Origin: Rhizodiscina lignyota
Taxonomy: Eukaryota
Length of the DNA stretch: 64,000 nucleotides
Direction: 5' to 3'
NCBI GenBank assembly: GCA_010015805.1
Contig: ML978138.1
Location: 310,001-374,000, forward strand
Position numbers and translations under genes: made by a program. This document shows positions 24,613 through 35,579 of the stretch, piece after piece (the first letter of the stretch is position 1; every line of letters starts with the position of its first letter). Below the pieces are notes generated by a model. The model searched no databases, was not told where the DNA came from, and saw only the letters and a list, made by a program, of their open reading frames with translations.

Positions 24613-25839
24613 ACAAATTTGGTACGTAGTGGTGTTCTCTGGACAAGGCTGATGAAGAGAGTGGTCGGAATGTCTGTTGGAAAATGTTGGAGAGCCACGA
24701 GAGAAAGGGATTACAAGGCTTCGAGCAGGTTGCGGGGTATATTAGAATAAGAAAAGAAAAAGAAAGACAAGAAATGACGGCACATTGGAGCATGTCATGA
24801 TCCAAACATAGATCCGGTCTTCAGCCGTGTCGCTGTGCAGGACAGGCAAGACTACATATGCAAGTGGCCTCATCGCTCATGGTAGCCACCTCAACTGGTC
24901 GACGAAAGACTGGTGTTTCCTTTCTGCTGTCCAGACGGGACTTGACAATGATATGCAGATCTCATGACTGTTCAGATGAGAAACAGGCCGTCTCATCAGG
25001 TGCCATAGAGAATTATGCTCTGGTCCTGTTTGCTGCTGCAGTATCTTCCGTGGTTCTAGAAAACTGCTTGCAGCTCGGCTGACTGTTAGAGCCCTTAAGT
25101 TCGCTGGCCTCTTTGTTCAGCTGGTCGCTTGATGTGACAGCCGACGTGTATACTGCATATTCGAGCCGAGAGGGTGGGTCTAGAATTTAATAATTGGCTA
25201 GATTATAGCCACAGCCTTGTTATTCTTGTCGGGCGCAAACCGTGAGAGGCGTATTTCTGAGCCGCGTTCTTAGCCTGACAGGTGTCTGTCCGAGGAACCG
25301 TGCTGTAGAGTCCGAGTGGCATAGAGTATCTCCATGGAACGATCTGTCGAATAGCTCAATAGAATTTACTGGTTGCAGTACAGCTTAATGTTGCAATATA
25401 TCGTCCAAGTTGGAGCATGGTGCATAAACGCAAGGTAGATGCAGTTCAACAAAGAAGTCAAAATAAGGCTGAGGTTGGTTAAAATAGTGAGGCTGGATGT
25501 AGAGCCGGACTGTTTCATCCGATGTTCGACGCTAGTCATTTTTAGGGAGTGTTCGTAATAGGATTTAGTTCTCCGCGGATCGTGAACTATTTGAGGTCTT
25601 AAGAAATTAGAAGACAGTAGAAGTCAACCTTGGATTAGAAGGACGTCTACAACTCTGTTCGATTATAATGGGGCGCACCCTTTTGACACTGAGACCAGAC
25701 ATGCGCAGGAGCACCCTGGACGTGAGTCCGCGACGCGATCTGTAGATCTAAGATCCCTGAGATGTGATCGACGTCATACATATATATCAATCAATTCCAC
25801 CTCCGGAGCGCTTTCAAGTTATATATCAACATCCACGTA

Positions 25840-26642
25840 ATGTTCGCGCGAACACGAACCTTGTTAGCGCAGGTATCAGACAGATTCACCCCGCTGATAA
25901 TGGCCAGCCTCAATGGTATGTCCTGCGGCCTCTTACCTTCCGATATCCAAATGCTCTCAAATTAGATGGGTTTGGGATGCTCGAATGCTCGATGGGACTT
26001 GGAGACATCGGTTGAAGATACAATTGCTAATCTCTCGACCCAGTCTTCAGGAGGCCGTTGACAATGCACTCCACAGAGCCAATGACGGGGTACATGCGTA
26101 CGGGATACTGCGAAGTTCCGGCTAGCGATTTTGGCAATCATTCCGTCGCTGGTATGTGCACATTCTCTCTTACCTTCTTCTTGGAGTCCATTGCTATGAT
26201 CCGGACCAAATTGTACTTGTTCATGTCGCTTTGCGTTTGGCCACGAGTTTCGAGAGGAACTAACAAAGCCACAGGTATCATGACTAAGGAGTTTCTCGAC
26301 TTTAGTGCATCCCAGGGCAATGATCTCCGCACTGTGGGCCTGACCGAAGGTTGTAGGTGGTGTCTCTGCGCGTCAAGGTGGAGGGACGCATTTCTGGCGA
26401 GGAGGGATGATAACGATAAGATTGTCCCGAAGTCAGTTCGATCACCATGATTCGGACGAACATTTACATGCAATGAAATGGCTGATGTGGTATACAGGGT
26501 TGTCCTGAGCGCCACGAATGAGAAAGCTCTTAGATCAGTTGACCTGGAGGACTTGAGAAAGTTTGCTGTCGATCAAGGCGCCGCCAATGGAGTCGATGGT
26601 GTGAATGGTATCAACGGTATCAACGGTGTGAATGGACATTGA
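25840..26642 (+). CDS. DUF2237 family protein, 4 exons
   Basis: SLNVFRRPLTMHSTEPMTGYMRTGYC...GNHSVAG...FLDFSASQGNDLRTVGLTEGCRWCLCASRW...VPKVVLSATNEKAL; in-frame ATGs at 25840 and 25900. Confidence 0.88.
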
Positions 26643-26780
26643 TATACAAGAAAGGACAACTCAAATAACCACCCGAGGTACACGGTGAACGCTTCAAATT
26701 ACCGCCAGAACGAACCGAACAATTGAGACAAGCACACTGAACTTTTTGCATCTTACAATCCATCGCGGCCTACATCACCC

Positions 26781-28200
26781 TCACATATCTCCCCATGGAA
26801 CCGTCAACGGAGCAGGAATCTGTCCCATTTTGGCCAACGGGTCCGTGTTGTTGTAAGAATGCTTCTTGCGCTCTGCTGTAGACATCTTCGTAATGTCAAA
26901 CTGGTTTCCACCTACAGTCTTCTTGCCCCTGACAGTGCGCCCGTAAGAGGTCATGAATCTCTTCCACTGTTGTACTTCAGTATCTGGTAGCATGATAGTG
27001 CGGCCGAGAACTCACCTTGGCCTGAAAGCCGAACTTCCCACCCACGTCTTTAGCATTTGGAGCTCTGTAGACAAGATCCTTCCCTTTCTTGCCAGCTTTA
27101 CTTTCGCCCCAGCGCTCAACCGTCTTTTCAATATTATGCATTCCTTCAATCGGAATATTAAGCTTTTTGGAGTATGCCACAACCTAATTCGGCCAGATGT
27201 CTGCTCCATCCCAGTCACACGCACGGATTTGGTCGCTGTGTGCTCCATAAGGCCAGAAAACCATAAGGCTAAGACCAGGGGCACGTTTCTAACGGCCTTT
27301 GCTCCATCCGCCAGCAATCCCGCTCGCTCCATCTGATGTAACGTCTCCAGCAAGGCCAGGCCGAGAAGGTACAGTGTCCTGCACATTCTGTCACCATCGT
27401 CAAGCATGGCCCAGCCGCTTAGGTCACCACAGTTCCAGTACCATGCTCAAGCCTCAATGTAGGCCCACATCTTGAGTGCGGACCGTTCTCCATCCTTCTT
27501 CGAGTACTCGTCATTCCAAGCCACGAGCGCGTTCTCGATGATTTCCTGCACTCCATATCCGTAAAAGTCATTGTAGATGTACATGCTCATTATATCCGGG
27601 TTGCACTTTTGTTCAGCAAGTTGCATGTTGGTCCACAGCGCATCGGCAATGGTCGAGATAATCCACTTGTAACCAGGAAAGTCGTCGGCAGGCTTCTTAT
27701 TGTATTCCTCGGCTTCGGCTTTAAGGGTGTCCTTATCTCGCAGGTAATTGTCCATCTCATCTTCGTCGAGTTCGCGCTCACGGTCGAAACCTGGGCGAGG
27801 TGAAGTGAGGTATTTGAGGCCCGATGTGGTAGCTAGAGGCTGAGTTGCGGAGCTCACACCACTTCAGATTGCAGGCGTAGCCATGTCGCTGTTGCCAGTA
27901 GAAGTACCACTGCTCCCCTGAATTTGTTGGGTCCATTGCGTCGACTAAGTCGTTCTTCAGCGCGTCGAGGTCGTCGGCAGAGATGCCTGGGGCTTCCGAG
28001 CCCTTCTTCCCAGGCTGTGCGGCTAGAGCTCTGGCATTATACTTCTCTACAATCTTCTCAATGATTTGCTCCGAAATGAGATGCGCCGCTTCGTTCTCTT
28101 TCCCAGCAGTTTTAGTTCGCTTGGGCGTCTGCTGAGCCTCAGCTGGGCTGGAGGACGCGTTGGGATCTGCGTCAGCGAGTGAGCGTTTGGCGCGAGGCAT
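26781..28200 (-). pseudogene. Fungal hypothetical protein gene with premature stops and a frameshift
   Basis: Protein-like reading (YIYNDFYGYGVQEIIEN...MWAYIEA*AWYWNCGDLSGWAMLDDGD...DIWPN*VVAYSKK...GGNQFDITKMSTAERKKHSY) broken by in-frame TGA 27447-27449, a TAG near 27185 and a frame change near 27240. Confidence 0.6.
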
Positions 28201-28457
28201 TGGACGCGTTCAAGACGTCAATTAGGGGAATGCAGATTTTATAAAGCTGGTGCAAGAAGACGGCGGATCAGGTAAATGGATTCACGGTGTGAAATGATCG
28301 TCAGGGTTGATTGTTGAGCGACGAGTATGACGCCACAGGCACGAGCTTGGCTTGGCATTCTCCACTCCAGAAACGCGAAAATGGAACGCTTCACGTGACT
28401 GTTCTTCTTTTTTGATATTCGAAATGGGCAGCTTCCAAGGTTTGTACTTGGCCGATA

Positions 28458-29423
28458 TCATCTTGACAGTTCATCAATAATCGCATGGCCCTCAGGGCCC
28501 AAAACAAGCATGCTGAGTCCGCTTGCAATGTCCCCACTCCTTCCATCGAAGAACATATCCACCTCATCTTCAATTAGCTGCATGTTCTCGTCCAGATCTT
28601 CCGTTGTACGACAGATATAAATCGTTCTCATGCCTCTACACCCAATGATGAGATACTGGACACATGAAACTCCAATGATCTGTCACGACTTACACTTTCT
28701 TTGCCGCTCTAAGGTCATACGCGTGAGCGGCGACCATTGCGCAGTTTTCGGGCTTCAGTTGCATCAGCTCTAAAGCCTTTAAGTAGATTGCGGGGTCCGG
28801 CTGAGTAAAAGTCATTATTTCTGCTCTCTCAGTGATTCTACTGACGCTATACTTTGGAGTGGCCAAGGAGCTGCGAGGAGAACGCGCTATGAAATGGGAT
28901 GCCGGACGATTTGAGTATGTCCAACTGCAGCCGAGTAGTGCCATTTGCAAGGACTACACTATCTATATGGTCATTGAGACTGCACTGAAACAGTTGATTG
29001 GACTCACACGAAATAGTGCCTGCGCAGCCGGTTAAGCGCCGGAATCACATCTGGCCATGCTGTTCCGTGTGAGTTACGATTTACGTTCACCGTTGCAGCA
29101 TTACCTCTTTGCACATGCCACTGTGCTACGAGATCTTTGCGGAGTGAATTGTCCCAAGTCTGAAGGTTGACGCCGTTGGCCTCGAGGAGCCGGTCTAGGA
29201 CTCGGCGATGCGTAACGTCAATGTCCTCGGGGCCTTCGCCCCTGGAAAACCGGGCATGAATTTCATCAAAGAAGCCAGCCCTCCAGTCTGTTGCTAGTTG
29301 CAGAAGATCTAAACCTGGCACATTCGGGGCAAATAGAAAGGCTGACATAATAGAGGACTGCCAGTCACAGCATGTGCCCATCAGGTCGAAGACCAGGGCC
29401 TTCAAGTCTTTGTCGCCCAACAT
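28458..29423 (-). CDS. Haloacid dehalogenase-like hydrolase (type II HAD), spliced
   Basis: KALVFDLMGTCCDW motif I, AWPDVIPALNRLR, PDPAIYLKALELM...MVAAHAYDLRAAKK, last exon GMRTIYICRTTED. Confidence 0.88.
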
Positions 29424-30192
29424 AGTTGTTGGGGTGTGGGCGATCTCTTTTCCACAATGAGCTTTGAATATTTGCGCATTCGCTTTAGGCTTTTCCGGAA
29501 TTGTAAGATAGGGCAGGGAGACGCAATGACAGAAACACGGATTCGGGGAGTCAAGAAGGACGAATCTTTAGAGCACACGACACATACGAGCTGCAGGAAA
29601 GCCTTTACCCCACTGATCCTCAGAAGATCTTATGCACTGGTATGTGCATGATTGACAGGCAGTTCTGCAGTAGGGTTCTTGACAGGACAGATGAGTGGAA
29701 GTGATGAGCAAATGTTGAGAGGCCTTTCTTGGCACGTGCATTTCTTCCAAGATTCGCCATTCGGCGAATTTCCAGGGGTTCCTCCTTCTCCGCTCTCAAC
29801 ATCACTCGCGCCTGTCACGCACCGGAACTTCCCAAGTTCAAAAAGCAAACAATGAGAGATGCTCCGTGAAGATTTGAGACTAATGAAGACAAGTTTTCCG
29901 ATTGCTCGCTTACTTCAAAGCTTCGCTTGTCGAGCGTGATGCACTCGTGCCCAATATGCCTTGATCAAGCTTAGGCTTTGGTACACCAAGGTGTCACTGC
30001 ACCGAAGCGATTCTTCAAATCCTCTTTCAAATACAACCGAAGAAAATGAAGGTAACCCTTGTCAGGTCTAGTTGCAATGCTGGTGAAGAACCTCAAGAAA
30101 CAATTCGGCCGCTTCTGTTAGTAGCCGTCCCTCTTATCGAACGCCATTTATCCTGTAAGCTCCTGAGAAATCCACCAAACCCGCAGTTGACG

Positions 30193-31118
30193 TTACGCAG
30201 CTATCCACCGACCCATGCCATGATTATCCGATGCCAAAAAGGCCTCGCACTCTTGCAGCTCCTCGTCGGTCTCGTGCTCATGGAGAGCATGCTCATCGGG
30301 GCGGAACACATTGCTGCTCCCCTCGTACAATCCAGGGGCGGTAATACCCTCGAACATCGCCCGTTCCAGCTCGAACTTGATCCCGCTCGTCCCAAACCCT
30401 TCTGCTACTTGCTTCCGAACCACGCTCATCAGGACGTTCCGTGGCAGCTTTTGCAGTAGCTCTGGTGGCACCTTCGGCTTCATGTATGCCGCGTCTTCGA
30501 AGTACTTCGGCCATCCGTACACGACACACGCGGTGATGCACCTAATGAGCGGGCTGTCATGAGGAAGTCGTTCGTATGCGGAAAGGCCAGCCACTATCTC
30601 AATGCTGTTGCGCTTGCCCAGCACCACTTCATCTTGAAGTAGAGCCATTACAAGACTCCGCAGGCGGCGGACGTCGTAATCATGCGCCAACGTGTAGACT
30701 GCTATGAGATCATGTTGACACAAATTGTTGTAGAAGTTGTTGCATGTTGGAACGTAATCCGGATAGTCTGGTGAGCTGGCGTGTGCGAGACGTTGGTTAC
30801 TAGACAGAGTACCGGTACACAGCCAGTCCTTGAATGTCTGAACAGTTCGTGGGGATGAAGGTGTCATGAAGAGGTTCTTCGCGATATCTTCTTTGTATTT
30901 GCAAAAGTATTCCGAGAAGTGGCAGAGTAAAGCTTTATGGATTTGAATCGCCTGTGTCTTTCCGCAGGAGTCGTAGAAGCCGAGATAAACGTGTTCGAGG
31001 TCACACTTTGCTCTGAAGGTGTGGGTCAGAAGTCATTATACCGCACACAAAACGGAGCTTACAGAATTTGAGCTCGAATGCCCATGGCATCTTTCACGGG
31101 ATCCTTTAAAGTCGACAT
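30193..31118 (-). CDS. BTB/POZ domain protein, paralog 1 (one intron)
   Basis: ATG 31118; intron GTAAGC..CTGAC..CAG; IHKALLCHFSEYF, FKDWLCTG, LIAVYTLAHDYDVRRLR, C-terminal ALHEH..EELQEC. Confidence 0.75.
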
Positions 31119-31656
31119 GACGCGGGTGCAGGGAAGAAAGGACTGTCGAACAGCGAATTGTTTGAATCGTAGATGTTTTAAAGTAGAGCACAGCAAAGGA
31201 TTCGCCATTTTTCGCGTGTGAAGTTCCGATTATAAGCGACAATTTAAAGGTGAGGTTTCGTTGGCAAGTGTTTCGAGGGACACACCTGACTGGAGCATGT
31301 GCTGGCACTGCGTCGTGAACACTTGGCAAGCGCACACGATTCAATTGACCATTTTCATATATTTAAAAGTTTATTTGAATTTAGCTAACATTTGCAAGAC
31401 AAAATATCGTGGAATACCTGAGACAAGTGCCCGCACTCGAGAGTGATAAAGAAGTTAGCCGCCTTTCCGGCTTTGGCGCCTGAGGCGAGTAGATCTTGCA
31501 CTTCAAGGGAAGCGAAGACCATCTCTGAAAGCTTAGTACTACGTGTTTAGGAGTAGATATAACATTTCGTATCATCGAAAACCCATTGTACTTTATTAGT
31601 TACAGAGAGGTAATACATTAAAGTTATTCAGTATTTTGAAAGGCCGACTTCAGTTT

Positions 31657-32667
31657 TTAGTCAGATAGGAGCCAATACAATTGGGCTGGTGCCTTCCATC
31701 TGGCATCGCACTCTTCTTCCTCAGCCGTGGTAACATGCTCATGGAATGCATACCGTTCCTCATCCAATTTGCCGTCGTTGCCCTGGCCACGGTTTGTACA
31801 TTTGCCGTATTCTCCTCCTGGAATTACCGCAATGTCGATTTTTCTGGGAGGGCGAGAGAATCTGGAAGACGACGCCAACAAAGTTGCGGCATGATAGCTC
31901 ACCCCTTCAAGCAGAATAGTCACCGGCAGTTGTCGAAGTAGTTCCTGCGGAACTACAAGCTGCGCACTCATGGGATCCATATATTTCCTCCAGCCTCTGA
32001 TAATGAAAATGCTGAAGAGTTTGCACAATCCGCTATTTTCGGGGAGCTTCTCAAATGCACTGAGGGCAGCCGTAACCTCCGGAGCGTCGTCCGGTCCACC
32101 GTCCGGTCCACTGAACAACACCTAGAGGAGACATTGTATATTGCTCCGCAGAGCTCGAATGCTGTAAATGTCCGCAAAGATGTAGAGTTTCACCATATCA
32201 TGGAGGCACACATTCTTGTGGAAGGATTTACAAGTAGGGTCGTATCCTTGAATTTCCGACGAGTGTTCGCGGCGCTGGATGTGGGATAGGCATCCTGTAT
32301 AAAGCCATGATACGAAGATTGCGAGAGTGCGAGACGAAAGATCGACGTCGAATGTTCGTTTCCTGGATTCGGAGAAACCCCCATCTAAGGCATTCTTGAA
32401 GTACTCTGAGAAGTGGCAGAGCAAGGTCTTGTGAGTCACGGCTTCGCTCAGGTCCTCTTTGTCCCCTAGTTGCTCAGTGATGCGCAGCGTAATGAGGGTC
32501 TGATCCTGCTTTCCAAGGAGGTCTCCGCGGGTCAACTGCGCTGCTTTGGTTTCGTCCATCTGGCTGGCTACGTGGTTCAATTGTGCGCTTTCGGATCTGT
32601 CCAACAGTCCGTCCACATCAGGCAACGTATCTTGAGTTTTGACTCTTTTGGCGGCACGGCCTGGCAT
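31657..32667 (-). pseudogene. BTB/POZ domain protein, paralog 2, with in-frame TAG at 32122-32124
   Basis: THKTLLCHFSEYFKNALDGGFSES, LYIFADIYSIRALRSNIQCLL*VLFSG; the paralog at 33661 has DIRCVLQALFTG at the same position; the frame continues to YAFHEH. Confidence 0.8.
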
Positions 32668-33660
32668 TACGCAGTTTCGTGCTTGCGATTAACAATGCTG
32701 TATAGAGTAAGATATTCGTAAATGTTGCGCCTTCGCAATCTAGGTTCGCCGAGCAGATGGCTGGGTGAAACGTACCTGCAATGCTCAAGGCTTAAATAGT
32801 TTAGTCCTGGTGAGGAGGCGGCACGCAATACTCCGGGCTCGAATCAGGGTCGTTCCGATTTGAATTCCACAAATGGACGATGTTACTTCGAGACACAGTG
32901 GGAGGAGTCCATGTGAGAGAGGTCGCGTTCGAACTTCGAAGACCTAAGGAACCCCTGAGGCGCGTTGGCGTTCTCGTGAGTCGCGACGCATAACGGGTGT
33001 GGCGTCGGAAACCCTAAATTAAATTACTTTGTACTAGGATACGCCTTGAGCACTGGCGCTTATCAATTTCCAGACTTCTGAGAAGTTTCTGATATACCTA
33101 TTGAGCAACCATCGTGTGGAAGGGAACAGTTCCAAACGCTTGAGATGTGCAAAGATCAGGGGCAGCGCGGGGATGATGAGATCCGCGATCGTGCCCTCCC
33201 AACTTCGAAAATCGCAGACCTCTCGCAGGCGACCGTCTGCACTTGCTAGTGAGGTGCAAATGCAGATGAACTTATTCAACCAGTATCTCGATATTAATCT
33301 GCCATTATAGTGCCGTGCGGAGCACGATGGTTGACTTGTAGGCTTCCAAAAGTCTTCTGAGAATCGGTATCAGATGTTTCATGATTGATGACCTCCGTCG
33401 TGAATTTCACGTTGTCCTTCCAATCATTGCGCCACACTCACTCAAACCTTTCACTTGGACATACGGAGTCCGAGGTAACATCCCTCTACAGTTCGCTGAT
33501 CTCACAGAAAGCAGTGAATGTAAACACACCTACCACTGATCGGCTTCCATTCAGTAGTCCGCACTGGGAGTCACACGCAACACCTGACCTGGGATACAAA
33601 AACTCAACATCTACTTCTCTCTCCTTCACTCCACTTCGAAAAGCCTCCCCACCTGCAACC

Positions 33661-34530
33661 ATGGCAGCGCCTTCCAAGGACTCAGAAGCAGACGATCCTG
33701 GTCGTGCAGTCCTTCTTTGCAATTCAGATCAGACTTTCGTCACGCTACGCCCAGTTTATGAGCAGACAAATGGTCAAAGTGAAGCTGTTGTTCACAAGGT
33801 CCTGCTCTGTCACTTTTCTGAGAATATCAAGAAGCTGTGTGATGAACGTCCTACTAGCGACCGCAAACCATGTTTCACCGTCCCACTCACATCTCGCACG
33901 CTCGCGATTTTCTTGTCTTGGATTTATACCAGCTCTTTCGCTCATGTGAAGCGTCGCAACTGCGCGTCACCGAATCTCTTTGAAGAACTGCTCTGGGATC
34001 ATGGCTACTACAGTTCTTGCAAGTACTTCCACAATAACGTGTGTCAACATGACCTGCTAGAGCTCTACATCTTTGCCCATGCCTACAACGTCCGGGCCTT
34101 ACGGAGCGACATCCGCTGTGTCCTACAAGCCTTATTTACTGGACAATACGAGACACCAGGTATCGGCGCGGCTCTCGTTACATTTGACAGGCTTCCAGAG
34201 AGCAATGGACTGCACAAGCTCTTCAGCGCGTTCGTCATCAGAAATTGGCGAACCTACTTGCAAACAGCCGCAGGTGCTCGAGAGGAATCTCCACCTACAA
34301 AGCAGTTAGAAGAACTTCCCAAACAGATTTTGGTGCAAGGCATGGAGTATCATGCTACCGGCTTGGATGAAATGGTGAAGGTTCCTGGTGGAATCTCATC
34401 CCCAAAGTCACCTCGGGCGACGGCCGTAGAGAAGCAGGCACGGTACGCATTTCACGAGCACAAGGGCAAGAATGAGGAGCAAAACTGCGATAAGAGGTGG
34501 GCTTGCCCCAGCTCTTGCTGGAAGGAATGA
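33661..34530 (+). CDS. BTB/POZ domain protein, paralog 3
   Basis: VHKVLLCHFSE, TLAIFLSWIYT, LLELYIFAHAYNVRALRSDI, RYAFHEH..EEQNCD; ATG at 33661. Confidence 0.8.
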   Translation: MAAPSKDSEADDPGRAVLLCNSDQTFVTLRPVYEQTNGQSEAVVHKVLLCHFSENIKKLCDERPTSDRKPCFTVPLTSRTLAIFLSWIYTSSFAHVKRRNCASPNLFEELLWDHGYYSSCKYFHNNVCQHDLLELYIFAHAYNVRALRSDIRCVLQALFTGQYETPGIGAALVTFDRLPESNGLHKLFSAFVIRNWRTYLQTAAGAREESPPTKQLEELPKQILVQGMEYHATGLDEMVKVPGGISSPKSPRATAVEKQARYAFHEHKGKNEEQNCDKRWACPSSCWKE

Positions 34531-35579
34531 ATTGATAACTGGATGAAAACAATGACTTCTGTTTACTTTCGGTGGAGGCAGAAGTATGGCAAGTTTTGTT
34601 ATAACTGCACAGACGGGTTTCCGCGGACATGGCCATGGGCTCCTCGAGGCTGCTCGCGCGAAGGATGGATCACTCGAGGGGGTTAAATGTCCAACTACTC
34701 ACTTCGGATAAATACAGAAATGATCAAGAAGTGAATTTCAGGTTCTGGTGCATGGCTGTCTCTCAAGAGTCTCAGCATACATCTTACAATCTGAATCTCA
34801 CGTAAATCAAAATGGACTATTGTAAGCCGGGCACTATAACGGCTGATTTGTATCAAGCGATTGGTCAAAGTCCTACTATCGACATCTCAGTAGAGAGTGG
34901 AAAATATCGCACTGCCAACAATCTGAGATTGCCTAAGCTTGTTCGGGTGGCACGAGTGGAGAGTCAGAGAGAGCATGGCGGAATCATAGCTACGAAGAAT
35001 ATGAGCGAGTCGAAGTCGGCTCATCCATACGCCGTCGGGATGGTAGTGACTCCGAGAATAAGAATTTGGCAAACTCCACGGACCATGGAAAAGGGCTGAG
35101 ATAGGATCTTGCGAAGGGACTAGCATCTATCCAGCAGATGTAAAGGCACAGGATAGGCGGATTTTCGCGGCAAAACGCCGGCCTAACGTAGGCTTGCGTT
35201 TACTCCCTGGGCCTGGATACTACTCTAGTGTCTGTAGATGCTGTCAGGCACCACACGGTGCAGCTTTGTTATTCCTTAAGGAGGTTAGCTGGATGATGAC
35301 TACAGAATTATCGTCAGCGTAATGGAACTCTTGCACTTTTGATCTCGGGCCTAGGAACAGCACTGTCTCTTTTGAGCTTGAACAGGCATAAGCTCGCGAT
35401 GATGGACCCTCTGCATTCACATGCCCCGGCCTGTCGCTTCCATGGCATCTCGCTGACCATCAGCTTTCAAACGAAATCAGCACCCCTTTGATACCTCCGT
35501 ATAACAATGAAGCTCCTGTAACGGTCTTGCGATTGACGTCGCCAAGCGCTCCATTATCGCCCTGTTCTTTTTCTTCAGC

